Positions 13,106 through 26,579 of a stretch of DNA of 64,000 bases are shown one piece after another. The DNA is taken from the NCBI GenBank assembly GCA_964016885.1, contig OZ024748.1, positions 28,644,001 through 28,708,000 on the forward strand, read 5' to 3'. Source of the DNA: Eledone cirrhosa (lineage: Eukaryota). The position numbers and the translations under genes are program-made. The notes under the pieces are model-generated. The model was not told the origin of the DNA. It saw only the letters and a list, made by a program, of their open reading frames with translations, and did no database searches. Each line of letters begins with the position of its first letter. Within the stretch, counting starts at the first letter, position 1.

Positions 13106-14026
13106 GAAAATGATTCCTTTAGTAGGAATATTTTTGAGTGAACATATTTTCCTTACTTATTCGTATTTGTTCTGTTGTATTGTCAGTGCAAACGTATGTT
13201 AAGGTTTATTTAGTTCGGGTTTTTATTTTCTAAAGTAAAAGTGTGTGTATGTCATATTAAATATTAAACCATATTTAATGTTGGTCTATATTTTTGAATA
13301 AACATATTTTCCTTATTTATTCGTATTTGTTCTGTTGTATTGTTAGCGCAAAGGTAAAATGGGAAGACTTGGAATTTGGGTGTCTTATTACTTGCGCAAA
13401 TGTCTAGATGTGCGCTTAGTGGTATCTGTCTCGTGGTTGGATCTCGTAATTGTTGGCGATGGACTGTCATTCTGTTTCACTTATCATAAAAATCTCTAAA
13501 AAGGCTACAGAATGGATTTCCAAATAAGGGCACGAAAATTTAATGAAAACTTGTTCACGTGACAGCCATAATTTCATTTATAACCAACCAAAAAAAAGCC
13601 TTCGTGAGCCCCTTTTTTCAAGTAAAAAGAAATTCAAACACTCATATATGAAAAAAACAACCTGTGACCCCCCCCCCCTCTTATTTGAAGAACTATTGTA
13701 ACGCGAACTGGCGCGAAATTTATTATAATTATTGACAAACCAATCAAATTACTTCTCGAAAAACCTGGCATTTCGAGCCACTTTTTCCATATAAAACAAG
13801 TAACATTCAGAGACCAACCAGATGTGAGAAAAACCACAGACCCTCCATCTCAACTCACCTTTTGAAAAGCAGAAGAACTGCTAAACCGGTAAAGGAACCA
13901 AATAAATATATATATTTTTTTTTTAAATAAGACTCCAGTTGCATTTTCGATTTCATCTCTTTTTCTTTATACTTTCACTCGTGTAGGACACCTCGGTTAT
14001 TTTTCATTTTGTAAAAAAAACCTCAA

Positions 14027-14032
<6 letters not shown>
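11826..14032 (-). mobile_element. PLE 3' fragment (GIY-YIG end plus 3' UTR) with inverted tailed copy 13476-14032
   Basis: 13264-13470 encodes MTVHRQQLRD..IPLSAHLDICA..FQVFPFY, similar to the end of the 46576 ORF; inverted arms. Confidence 0.85.
11896..11933 (-). ncRNA. Minimal type-I hammerhead with U3-A8 core
   Basis: cctt-TTGAAAA-gcag-aagaa-ctgc-GAAA-ccgg-TA-aagg; copies at 13858(+), 14270(-), ~39947(+), ~60431(-). Confidence 0.75.
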
Positions 14033-14116
<84 letters not shown>

Positions 14117-14139
14117 GTGTGTGCGTGTATATATATATA

Positions 14140-14358
14140 TATTAGAAAGTGAAGTTTTTTTACAAAATGAAAATAACAAGGTGTCCTACACGAGTGAAAG
14201 TATAATGAAAAAAGATGAAATCGAAAATGCAACTGGAGTCTTTTTTTTTTAAATATATTTATTTGGTTCCTTTACCGGTTTCGCAGTTCTTCTGCTTTTC
14301 AAAAGTATAATTGAGATGGGGCGTTTGTGGTTTCCACAAACCCTCCATCTCAATTCTA
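14140..14358 (-). mobile_element. PLE 3'-end remnant (family of 11826), ending in a short fold-back
   Basis: homology to 13830-14032; aattgagatgg..tttgtgg/ccacaaa..ccatctcaatt hairpin. Confidence 0.7.
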
Positions 14359-14361
14359 CTC

Positions 14362-15033
14362 AAAATAGTCTCTTACAATTAAATAGCTCAAGGAATGAGA
14401 TTTTTCCGAGCCGGACACAATAATTGAAAATAAAAGAGAGATAAACACAGATATATACATATATGTGTTCAAATCGTAAGGGACCAGGTTCGCTGGGGTG
14501 AAAAAAAAATCTGTTTCGTGAATTAACTGAAGGGAATTACCAGTTACCAGTATACGGTTCGGAAAAATCTCTTTCCTTGAGCTATTTAATTGTAAGAGAC
14601 TATTTTTAGTTTCTAACTCAATATATACCTTTGATATATTCGGCTCCTTCAATTTGTTGAGCTAAACTTGCCTGCTATTTTTAGTAGTATACGTTTATGA
14701 GACATGCCATGTGCGTTATTTTATATACGCTCACTATTCAGCCTTCTGAGATACTTAGTAGTGAAGAGTTTACTAATTTTACACCCACTGATGAGCAAAG
14801 AATTAGTAATTCTCTTCACTTAAATTGCGAAACAGTTTCACCAAAAGCTGTCTGGGTGTCTGGTAGTTACCCCATATCGGTTTGTATTTATTTTCTTGAT
14901 TTATTCTTTTAAATTGAGTCTGACAAACCCGTTAGTTAGTTTTTTTTTTCACCCTAGCGAACCTAGTCCCCTACGATTTGACCACATATATGTATATATC
15001 TGTGTTTATCTCTCTTTTATATTCAATTATAAT
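14362..15033. mobile_element. Non-coding hammerhead element with inverted permuted copy (retrozyme-like, ~482-nt monomer)
   Basis: 14420-14508 = rc of 14941-15030; 14362-14413 = rc of 14555-~14606. Confidence 0.75.
14781..14859 (+). ncRNA. Canonical type-I hammerhead ribozyme
   Basis: acaccca-CTGATGA-gcaa...ttgc-GAAA-cagttt..aagctg-TC-tgggtgt; 7-bp stem I, GUC site. Confidence 0.9.
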
Positions 15034-15393
15034 ATATATATATAGGTTATAGAGGTTGATGGTCAATTATACTGTCCATACTTAATGAGACCTATTGATA
15101 CTCACACTCTCCCATCCCCACTGGCTTTCGGCTGACTGCCACAAACGGGGTAGCTAGCAGTAAACTATATATAACAGGCCTGAATGGGTCATTGTTTGGT
15201 TGAGAGAGGGAACTGACAAGGCGAATTTCGTTGAAATCTGCAGTAGCTAATGGTCAACTTCCTTCGGACCTGCGCCTGCGCAGACCGGTGGGGGTGAATT
15301 GGTACTCACAAGGGAACGGATGAAGAACCCAAGAGCACACACTTCGTCCGTTCCCATGTCGATTCAATTTGGATTGCCCCGGAAACATAACAA

Positions 15394-15467
15394 GCTGTCT
15401 GACGATGTCGCGACACTGGCGCACGGAACAGTGTGGCCAGTGTCGCCATTGAAATATATATCACAGC
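15394..15467 (+). ncRNA. Type-I hammerhead (second copy 22038-22111, minus strand)
   Basis: gctgt-CTGACGA-(long stem II gcgacactggc/gccagtgtcgc)-GAAA-tatata-TC-acagc. Confidence 0.8.
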
Positions 15468-15476
15468 ATTATTATT

Positions 15477-15640
15477 TGGCAGTATCGGTAGAGGGTCGGA
15501 CGCCATGCTTTCCAGCATAGTTACGTCCCTTTACGATCTGAGTTCAAATCTCGCCGAGGTTGACTTTGCCTTTCATGCTTACGGGGTCGATAAAATAAAG
15601 TACCAGTAATGCACTGGGTAATTGCTGGCAGAAACAATTA
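15477..15640 (+). mobile_element. tRNA-derived SINE
   Basis: A-box-like tggcagtatcgg, B box gagttcaaatc, family body, (ATT)n end. Confidence 0.85.
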
Positions 15641-15766
15641 TTATTATTAAAGGACTTGAACATCTGAAACTACTTCGCATTTTATTGAGCTAAATATACT
15701 CCGTCACTCCTATGTGGGAAAAGTACGTTGAGTGGTTGAATTGAATTGCATCAATATTTACCCTAA

Positions 15767-15856
<90 letters not shown>

Positions 15857-15889
15857 GAAAGGTATAGAAAACATTGTTGCAAAAAGCGA

Positions 15890-15946
<57 letters not shown>

Positions 15947-16689
15947 TTTATGTATATGTGTTTACACACGCTCATATATTGACAAAATATATATTATAAA
16001 TAGGAATATATTCACACGCACACATACACATACACATTCAGAGTGAGAGAGAGAGAGAGAGGGGGGGGGGGATATTAGTGGTTACAATAGTTGTTACCAG
16101 TGTGAAATATGTTACCATAGATAGATGCATAGCAACAGGGTGTCTTTCGTATATTAATGGTTATAGTAATATTGTAGTTAGTTGTGTAAAGTGTTAAGAA
16201 GCAATGCTTATATATATATAATCATATATGTCTGGCTGAGTGTGTATACATGTGTGTCTCCTTGTGTATGCTTATGTGTGCTTATGAGTGTGCTTATGGA
16301 TATATGTCTGTTTCTGTCTGTGTGTGTGTGTGTTTGTGTGTCAGCGTGAGTATACGTGTGTGTGTATATGTGAGAGTGTGTGTGTATATGTGAGAGTGTG
16401 TATGTACGTGCGTGTTTCTGTGTATTTGTGAGAGAGTATGTTTATGTATGAGTGTGTGTGTATGTGTGCGTATGTATGCGTGTATTCCTACAGAGAGGTA
16501 CATAGCAACACGGTTTCCTTCATATATTAGTTGTTATAATAGTAGGGTAAAATATGTTATATTAGAGTTGCTGCTACTTTTAATGTTATGTCGATACTGT
16601 TGTTATGTTAACATTATGTCACTGGTGTTGTGTTGTTATGTTAACATTATGTAACTGATGTTGTGTTGTCAATGTTGTTATGTTAATAT

Positions 16690-17390
16690 TATGTCACTGA
16701 TGTGTTGGCAAGAATATCCGTTGATCCTCATCAATACGGCCATCTCCAACGCCCAGAACATCCCAGTGACAACACGGAGAAAACAAAGGAACAAAATAAA
16801 AAGGAAAAAACAGTTATCCCTTTTGTCGTCACTCACAATCCAAGGAACTTCAACATTGTAAAAGCCGCTAAACAATATCTCCCGATTCTCCAACAGTCCC
16901 CTAAAATGAATACACTCATACAAGACTCGAAAATAATATACAGTAGACGCCAAGTACCCAATCTAAAAAAAACTGGTAACCAAGGCGAAATTTACGCCTG
17001 ACAATAAAACAATGCAAGTTAACAAATGCAGGGACCCTCTATGCGGAACTTGTGAATACATTGAAGAGGGTGTGAAAATCTTTAAAAACAATGAGATTTT
17101 CAAAGTTAAATCAAACATGTATTGCAAAACAAAAAACTCAATTTACTGTGCAATCTGTCCACAATGTAAAGAATACTACATCGAGTCTACATGACAGAGT
17201 TCGTGTACATAAACAACAAATTAGAGACCCCTCTGTCAGAAACACCACATGTAGTGAACACTTCGCATCACGAGGAAAGGGAAAATTCACAATCTTCCCC
17301 TTCTTTAAGATATGGTCAGACAACGAACATTTCCGGAAATATAAAGAAGAATTCTTCATTAGAAAGTACAAACCGCTACTGAACACACAC
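16690..17390 (+). pseudogene. Frameshifted PLE (Neptune-like) thumb/Zn-linker/GIY-YIG fragment
   Basis: IPFVVTHNP, KCRDPLCGTC, SIYCAICPQCKEYYI, RVHKQQ..SEHF. Confidence 0.85.
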
Positions 17391-17459
17391 AAAAAAAATG
17401 ATATTCCATCTTTTTTTTTTTTTTAAGTTGTATATTGAAAAAAGAAAAATATTCAAATA

Positions 17460-17870
17460 GAAGTGGATGAAACCCACACTTTCAAACATTCGATCGTTGA
17501 AGAGAACAACATTCGGAGGTACACTACCATTTCACTAATTCCATCCTCACGTTGCACTGGTAGACCACGTTTCGTTCTCGGCATCTATTGTTGACGGGGG
17601 CACGATGATCTATCCGGACAGTTGCACCTAGTGTGCTCACCACTTGTTGTTTCTTCGGTTAGAGAGGAGGTTTTTATTGTTAGACGAAGCAATGTTTTGT
17701 GCAAAGTTGGGTGTAGTGCTGTAGGAAAGTTTAACAGTATTTCTGTTGATGATATTGTGGTAGCGGTGTTGTGGTGGGAAGTGTTTGTCGAGAAGTCTGA
17801 AGAAGATCTTCCTAATTGCTGTTGTAACCTCGGCATGTTCTCCCGGAAGCCGCTTCTTTTGAGGGCCTGG

Positions 17871-17880
<10 letters not shown>
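17460..17880 (-). pseudogene. Degenerate PLE fragment (CxC-linker type)
   Basis: YQALKRSGF; CNCPDRSSCP then frameshifted NNRCRERNVVYQCNV, like the 7230 element linker. Confidence 0.6.
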
Positions 17881-17936
<56 letters not shown>

Positions 17937-18542
17937 ATTATATAAATCAACAAAGAACCCTTTAATACATTAAAAATCTGTAATCGCTGACAATGTTTCG
18001 GCCCAGTAATTAGGACTCTTCAGAGCAAGGAAAAGAAAAAAATATCAACGGCTAGAACAAGCCAAAATTCAGAAGAATAGAGAAATAGAAAAATAGAAAT
18101 TTAAATGTTACATTATAAGATATAATATGCAGGTAATATAAAAACAGGATAAGGAGGCAAGGTCTAGGATGTTAATAATAATATAATCCGAGAAATAATA
18201 TATAAAAAATATAATATAATACAGAAATAAAATTTAATATATATATATATACACACACACTCACACACATATATATACACACACATATACACATTTACAC
18301 ATACACATATTAACACAAAAATATATATATATATGCACTATAATAGAATAATCACCCTGACGGTGTGATTAAACAATACTAAAATCAAAGAAATATTGAC
18401 ATTAAAAAACATAAATACTACCAACGTACCATGCAAAGTCAACATAACATGTATAAAAACATAACGTATACCACAGGGTAAAAAATAATACCATAAAATA
18501 AAATAAAGTATGGTAAAAAAATATATATATAATAGACAATAG

Positions 18543-18732
18543 ATAATTGTTTCTACTTTAGGCACAAGGCCAGCAATTACCCAGTGCATTACTGGTACTT
18601 TATTTTATCGACCTCGTAAGGGTGAAAGGCTAAGTCAACCTCGGCGGGATTTGAACTCAGATCGTAAAGGTACGTAACTATGCTAGAAAGCATGGCGTCC
18701 GACTCTCTACCGATACTGCCAATCTACCGCCC
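18543..18732 (-). mobile_element. tRNA-derived SINE nested in PLE 3' UTR
   Basis: full family sequence with B box on minus strand. Confidence 0.85.
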
Positions 18733-20427
18733 TAATAGACAATAGATAATGAAATATAACAGGTAAATATTTACCGATAAATACCGATAAAATAAAATAA
18801 AAATAAATGAGCGTATAGCAAATATACGATAAGATGTATAGAGATATAGGCAATTCAAATACATACAGCAATATAATATTACATATTAATATTTCAACAC
18901 CAAACATATAATTGCAAGGGAGAAAGATTTAAATCATATTTACTCAATATATTCATCGACACAAGTGACAAAGGATAGGAAAGACAGACAGAAGCAACAA
19001 ATTATAGCAAAACAAAACAAAAAGAAAAACAAAAACGCGTAGGCACAACAAACTGTTAGGTGAAAATTAATGATACAACTATTCAAAGTCAAATAACTGA
19101 ATCGAAACCCTTATTAATTTCAATTAATTTATTAAAAGTTAAATAAACATTATGGTACACTCCATTTGGAACAAAGTTTAAGTCACTAATGCCGATAGAA
19201 ATTAAGATATTCCAATAAATGAGCGAATACATTCATCGAATATATATTTAATTTCCGTTATGACGACTAATGTTATCCAAAGTAAAGATTCCAATAAAAA
19301 CTATGGTGGACAAAAAGGAACAGAAAGAAGTAAAACTATGGAGGACAAAAAGGAACATAAAGATATAATATATATATTCAATAAAGAAAAAAATTAAGTG
19401 TAGAAAAAATGAAGTTCATTAACCGTAGATGTAGAAGACTAAAATTAAACTATTAGTTAGTCAAGGAGACAATAAGATACACTCCAACTAGGGATGAATA
19501 TAAAGATAGAAATATATAAGTCAACAAAGGATGAGTATAAAGATAGAGATATAATAATGGACAAGGGACTAAATAGGCTAAATAAGCTAAAAAAACAACT
19601 AGAAAACTAAAAATCAATAAACCGAAGAAAACTAATAATAATAATAATAAACTAAAATGATAAGGAATCCAAACAGCTATTGAATACTAATACGACACAA
19701 ACAATTGTGTTATACATATAACTAAACATCCACACACATATACATATTCACAAAAAATATATATCTACAAATATAACCACAGATACAAAACCCTATACAC
19801 ACAGAACCACTCACGTGCTAAACTTTCACATACCTACCAGCCCAAGAGAGTGTGTGTATCAATTCGCCAATGATGATGAAGTATCTACGTCCAGCTATAG
19901 AAGACCCCATCCTGTATAGACACCATAACTCACAGAAAAGAGTAAGTGGTATATTAAGAAACATAAAGAATATAAAAATTTTTTAAAAAATATAAAATAT
20001 AAAAAATATCTAGACAAGACGTCTAAACCAGAATAGTAAAGTGAGATTCCGAAAAATCAACTACCTGAGCTTTTAGGTTTATAATAGAAGAAGGAATTAG
20101 AGATAGCATGCGGACAGGATGAAAAGATTTCCGATTTTCTATTTAGTAATACATTTTTAGAGAAAATTATACAATGGGTTTCTAGAATGCAAAGATTACA
20201 GAATTTAGCGTGGGTGGAATAATGGTTAGAATAGGATACAATACGCCAATGCAGACTGTACGGTATACCGGTCCCTTTCAAATCCCAAATTTGATGCGCC
20301 AAAGAAGTTGAGTTTTTAAATTTAATATATTTAAAGTTAGAGACATGCAAATTAAACCTCGTTTTTTTGCAAATTAAACCTCGTTTTTTTTTTGCAAATT
20401 AAACCTCGTTTTTTTTTTGTCTTTTCC

Positions 20428-20472
20428 TTGCTCTGAAGAGTCCTAATTACTGGGACGAAACATTGTCAGCGA
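20428..20472 (+). ncRNA. Minimal type-I hammerhead (copies 17984-18028 minus; 60972-61009 plus)
   Basis: ttgct-CTGAAGA-gtccta/tgggac-GAAA-c-att-g-TC-agcga. Confidence 0.85.
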
Positions 20473-20695
20473 TTAAAGATTTTTAATGTATTAAAGGCTT
20501 CTTTGTTGATTTATATAATTTTTTCGGCTCTGTTTGATAACATTGAGCTATCTCTTGTACTGTCATTTCTCTAATGCGACGAGTGTGTTTGACTCTAATG
20601 CACTCAAGTGTTTTTATCTTATGTATGTATGTATGTATGTATGTATGTATGTATGTATGTATGTATGTATGTATGTATGTATGTATGCATGTATG

Positions 20696-20728
<33 letters not shown>

Positions 20729-20825
20729 GTATGCATATATGTGTGGATATGTGTATGTATGTGTGTATATATGTATATGTATCTGTGTATGTGTATATAT
20801 ATATAATATACCAGGCCCTCAAAAG

Positions 20826-21090
20826 TCAGATCAAAAGTGGCACAGAAGAGAATGAGGTTAGCTGGACATGCTCACCGACATCCAGAGTTGACATTGCACT
20901 CAGTGCTCCTGTGGGAGCCCCAACATGGACACACTGGAAGAGGAAGACCAAGGTTATCGTATGTTGATGCCCTAAGGACAGACACTGGTCTGTTGGAGAC
21001 GCAGGACATGGCAGCGATAATGAGGGACAGAGACCGCTGGAGAGAACTCGTCCATGGATCTCGGGAATTTTACCCGCCCTAGAATAGAAT
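20826..21090 (+). pseudogene. RTE-group LINE 3' end
   Basis: [32 protein letters not shown]. Confidence 0.75.
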
Positions 21091-21187
21091 ATATATAGGT
21101 ATATACATATATATATATATATACACATACACACGTATATATATGTGCGTATATGTATGTATACATGTATATGTATGTGTGTATATA

Positions 21188-21243
<56 letters not shown>

Positions 21244-21489
21244 CGCGCGTGTGTGTTCTTGTTTGTATGTTTACATGTAGGAAAACAAATATGTGAGCTA
21301 TCATGATCCCCACACTTCCCCTCCCAAACCAACATCAACAACATACATTTCTATCAACAAAACCTTCCAAAACTAACCTTATTTTTCTGTTTGCTGTCAT
21401 CCCATTTTTATCAAAAGACTTCTATCTTACACCTCATTAAACCCAAAGAATCAGACGCACGCCCAATTTCATCTTTTATACCGTGGTTT

Positions 21490-21700
21490 GACCGGCCACT
21501 TCCCCTTCGCACCGGTCGCCGTCAAGACCTAGGGCATACTTGGACCCCGTACTGACGAGCTTCTCCACAAGATCGGAGCGTCGGCGGCTCGTCTGAGAAG
21601 GGAGCCCCGCGATGTTGGGTGGCTGCTGTTGCAACGGGTGTCACTGGTCATCGTCCGGGGGAATGCTTTTGCCGTCTTGTCCGCGGGGCGCAGCACTCCT
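21490..21700 (+). pseudogene. CRE-clade LINE 3' fragment
   Basis: EPR..WLLLQRVSLVIVRGNAFAVL, similar to the 24-kb and 35-kb copies. Confidence 0.65.
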
Positions 21701-21783
21701 GCTCTCTTACCCTATGCCCAAAGCCCAATCACCCTGCCATCTCACCCTCCCCTCTCTTCTGCGACACCAGAGCTCTTGCCATC

Positions 21784-21914
<131 letters not shown>

Positions 21915-23359
21915 GGTAAACATTGATGCAATTCAATTCAACCACTCAACGTACTTTTTCCACATAGGAGTGACAGAGTAAATATCGAATAAGGAAAAGC
22001 GAAGTAGTTTCACATGTTCAAGTCCTTTAATAATAATGCTGTGATATATATTTCAATGACGACACTGGCCACACTGTTCTGTGTGCGAGTGTCGTGACAT
22101 CATCAGACAGCTTGTTACAGAATAAGGTTATGTTTCCGAGGCAATCCAAATTGAATCGACATGGGAACGGATGAAGTGCGTGCTTTTGGGTTTTTCATCC
22201 GTTCCCTTGTGAGTACCAATTCACCCCCACCGGTCTGTGCAGGCGCATGTCCGAAGGAAGTTGACCATTAGCTACCGCAGATTTCAACGAAATTCGCTTA
22301 GTCAGTTCACCCTCTCAGCCAAACAATGGCCCACCTAGGCCTGTACCATAGTTTACTGCTACCCATCCCGACTGTGGCAGTCAGCCGAAAGCCAGAGGGG
22401 ATGGGAGAGTGTTAGTTTTTACAGGTCATAATACTACTTCTCATCAAGCGTGGACAGTACGACTGACCATCAACTCATAAGGGAAAATAAACTTAATTCT
22501 AGGTATCATGGTTTTACATTGGAAGTTAAGAGTGAGAGTTGGAAATAAAAATTAAAATCCTAAATCACATATCAGAAATTATAAATTAAACAATTAAAAA
22601 ATTAACAATTAGAAATTAAAAAATTTTTCCAGTGAGAATTGGGATTGAGGTGAGTAAAAAAATATAGATTGAAGTGAGTAAATAATATGGAGAGAGATGT
22701 TTAAGTAAGAAGTTCTGAGAGGGGTTCTAGTGTCACAGTTACTCTATCCACATATTGAACGACAGTGCCGTACATCAGAACGGAGGGTAAACTACAATAT
22801 TCAAGGCATTAGTCAATCTGGTACACAGTCATAATTTCCATCACATGGAACAAAACCAAAGAAAAACAGACATAAAGTACACAAAAGAAAAGAACCAATA
22901 ATGAATAAATGCATTTATTCATTATTGGTTGATGTAAATACAATCAATACTGTCACCTCCATTCAACAAACAACATCGAGTGACTATAGCGACTTGATGC
23001 TCCACATTTTCAAAATATCAGAACATGCTGGACTAAGTTAAAATTCAACCGTTTAACCTCTGCATGCTCCGATGTTTTCAGACTTATATCCGGATGAAAC
23101 GATCGTAAGCTATTAAATATTTTAAACATCGGAGCAAATCACCAGGGAAGCCGACTGTCAATGTAATATGGTGGTATTTATACATTTGCTGGTGGTAGGA
23201 GAGGGTGGAGATCATTGGCTGAAGGATTTAAAGAATGGAGATTCTTTAAAAAAATTATATTTAGAGAAAAATACATAGGGATACAAAGACAAAAGTAAAT
23301 TCGGGCTAAGTACCTATAGACAAACACATACACACTGACAGGCACTCCTAATTTTCAAG

Positions 23360-23446
<87 letters not shown>

Positions 23447-24099
23447 AATGTATGTATGTGTGGGTATATATATATATAATATTTATATAAATATATATTT
23501 ATGAATGTATGTATATATATTTATTAGAATAACAGATTAAAGTTTAAGCAAAGGATCGCTATTTTCACCCTTAACTAAAAAAATGAATCTGTGGACGCAG
23601 AAGTAAATATTTCGAAAAACGTTACACCTGAAGGAAAACAGGAAGACGATACTTTGGTTCGTGAGGACGTTCCCTGGTAATGAACGGAAAAAAAACGAAG
23701 ATAATAGATCATTATGTGGATCGTGGAGAACAATTTCACCCAAAGACAAAAAACCCAAACCACGTTTATGGTATACATGGAGTCATTAGACTTTTTGATC
23801 ATTTTATTTCGTAACGATTGATCTTCAAATACTCTTAGCGCATTAAACTGATATTCACCTCTTCAGAAAATATTCTTACACATGAAGTTGTCATGTGACG
23901 TTGTAAATAAAAAAAAAAACATCATTTATTTTGCTACTGCATTAATTTCTAGGACACTGTAAGAAATGAATCCATAGTTTACAGATTTCTATTACTGATA
24001 CATAATTATTAATAGTCGAAGAAAAATATATTCTATTTCAATAATATTCATAAAAATAAAATTAAAAATGAAAACAAGGAATGTGTGTCAAACAGTGTG

Positions 24100-26370
24100 G
24101 TTAATCCGTATGGTGAGCAAATGGGGTCCCACGTGCTGGCCTCCCAACAACCCCGGCGGACAGAATGGAGAAGGCGTTTCCCCGGAGGATGGTAAGGGAG
24201 ATGCGCTGGAAGAGCCATTCCAACTCGCGAGGCTCACACCTGCTGGCCAGCTCAGCGCCTATGGTGGTGAATAAGGAGGTAGCCCTAAGGCCAAGGACAC
24301 CAGAAGTCTCCACAGCCAAGGGCACGACCGCGAACCTGTCGGAGAGCGACCGGTACTTGGAGAGTTTAGCCACCTCAGTCCGACGTGCAGCAGTACCTGG
24401 GTTAGTCGCAGACTGCACCAGGTTGCGGCTCGAGAAAGTATCGCTGCAAGTGGCATCCAAGACGAGGGGTTTTCCACCACGGAACGGGAAGATGGTCATA
24501 CCGTCTGGCCTTTTGCCGTCCCCTCGGCCAGCCCCACCGGCTCGAGCTGGGAAGGGAAGCCTGCAGCGTCTAAGCCCTGCTTTATAACCTCGTTGAGGGC
24601 AGCATGGCTTGGAAGGCGACCGGCATTGTGGCGACAAGAAAGCGGAGTCCGAAAGAGTCCACTGTGGATCCTTAGCGACATTTACGTGGCTCGCAGATCC
24701 GGTGTCCAAGCCTCAAGGAAAAGCCGATGCGCAGGCTATCGTTATCCAGCTACGTGCCAGTGGAGAAGGAGGGCAGGGCATGGAACCAGGACCCACTGTG
24801 GGGTTTGGTGGCCACGCGAAATCAGGCAAGGCGGTGCTGGTAGAGCTGGCACGTGAGCCTGTCTGAGGCCAGGCTGCACTGGATGGCATCCCATATGCTT
24901 GGGGGGGGGGGACTTAACGTCAGCAGGGGGAGAAGGAAGAGGGTCATCTACTGGGCTAAGTCCCAGCTGGTCCCACGTCTCACAGGCGGCCTCACGTTCT
25001 CTGAACACAGAGGGTTCCATTATGTTTTGGAGAACCCTGCTGACGAGGACGCGGCATGAGGATACCGATGAAAGAAACGCCGGCAAAGCCAACGAGATCG
25101 GGGACCAGAGGCCGAGGCCACCATATCTGACAGGTAAAGTGGCCTGTTGCCATCCAGTGTCGTCAAACCTGACGTTGCATATTTCCTCAGCTGCCGCTCG
25201 GATACAAGTATCGAGGTCAGCGTGGAGAGATGCGTGGGTGTAGCACGGAGCGCTGCGAAGGGTGTAGAGGAGCTTCGGCATGGTGAAGCAGTTCCTCAAC
25301 AGGAAGAGAGCTGGGTGGCCGTCGATCAAGCCTAGTCGGCTCGTGATGGTCTGGAGTTGTTGGAGCCTAGACCTGATGGTGGAGCGGATGGTCGGCGGGT
25401 GGATCGGTGACCCGAGGATGAGGACATCCTCTTTGGGGGTCACCTGTACCTGGTGGAGAATGGACCGCACGTCCGAGACGTAGGCTGCAAAGCTCTCAGC
25501 ATCATGGCTGACATTCACCACCTCAAACTTGGACGAGTTTACCTGGAGCCCGATTCCCGCCAGGGCAGGAACCACCGATTGAAGGTCATGGCAGACAGTC
25601 TCCACAGGCCCGCCCAGCGTAGCATCATCCAGGTACCAAACGTTGAGAGGGGCCGTGATACTCCGAACAATGTGGTCTATACCAATGGCAAACTGGAGGG
25701 GGCCCAAAGGGTCGCCCTGTTGGACCCCAGTGGCCGAAGGTATGACCGTATCAGCAGCAAGGAGCATGCTCGGGGCTCCATATGACAAGTAAGTTAGCGG
25801 GTAGGTAGAGGGGGCTCGGCTTAGGCAGGCATCGAGCAGATGGTCCCGGCGTATGCAGTTAAAGGTATTCCTCATGTCAAGCTTGACAATGAGGTGCCTG
25901 GAGTCTCTGGATGCCGGTTCCGGTGGGCAGCTGTTGAAGAACTGCCTGGTTGCATGTGCGACCCCCTCACAGCCACCGGACACGCCGACACCCAGTTGCA
26001 CCCGACTGAACTCCTCGCCCAGTACAGGTGTTATGGACCTGCAGACTATCTTAGCAGCCAGCCTGCGGAAGATATTGCCCTCAGTGATGGGGCGTATGCC
26101 ACCCTCTTTCTTCCTGAGAGCGGTCAGGCTAGCCGAAAAAAAGAGGCCTCGGGCGTGAGGATCCAGGGCGCCATGGTGAGTGCCACAATTGCAATCAGAA
26201 GGCGGCGCCCGGTCTCAGCAGAGAGGAAGGATAGCAACTCCAAGAGGTGGCCTGATCGGAGACCATTAGCACCTCCGCTGCTGCTAGCTGGGAAGGACTT
26301 GATGGCAGACATGATGTCTGCGTCGGAAGCCACAAGGAGCAGGTGGGGATCGGGTGGCGGGTATTATAAG
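24100..26370 (-). mobile_element. CRE-clade non-LTR retrotransposon (RT plus restriction-like endonuclease), frameshifted
   Basis: QLGVG, KLDMRNTFN, GVQQGDPLGP, WYLDD, RPDG..DATC, PLAVETSG, FQRIS..RGNA. Confidence 0.85.
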
Positions 26371-26579
26371 CTGGAGACAAATTCTATGGCACCAGTAGGG
26401 TTGTAAAAGAAATTCTATAATTGGAATATGGTTTTAGGGAGTGTGTGAATAGTATGAGGGTGTATATATATGTGTGTGTGTGGACGGGTTGTGGTGTGTG
26501 TGTGTATTTTTTTCAGCCTGTCTGTCACAGGTCCCTTTGTGGTGGGAAATTTAACGTCTCATTAATGGAGCTGCACTCC

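Larger units (their letters stand above)
15043..15766 (+). mobile_element. Hammerhead-bearing PLE-type 3' element interrupted by a SINE; second copy ~21911-22480 (minus)
   Basis: long homology between the two loci; both end ttaccctaa next to (TA)n. Confidence 0.75.
17938..20620 (-). mobile_element. PLE 3' fragment (Hydra-type EN end 20057-20350, ~2.1-kb 3' UTR) with short inverted tailed copy ~20415-20620
   Basis: STSLAHQIWDLK..CNLC..LLNRKSEIFSSCPH; ~17938-18040 = rc of ~20415-20519. Confidence 0.85.

Noticed and set aside
23064-23112. gaaa-cgatcg-ta-agc hammerhead 3' half
   Set aside because: Upstream core reads ccgatgt with poor stem II; too degenerate to call.
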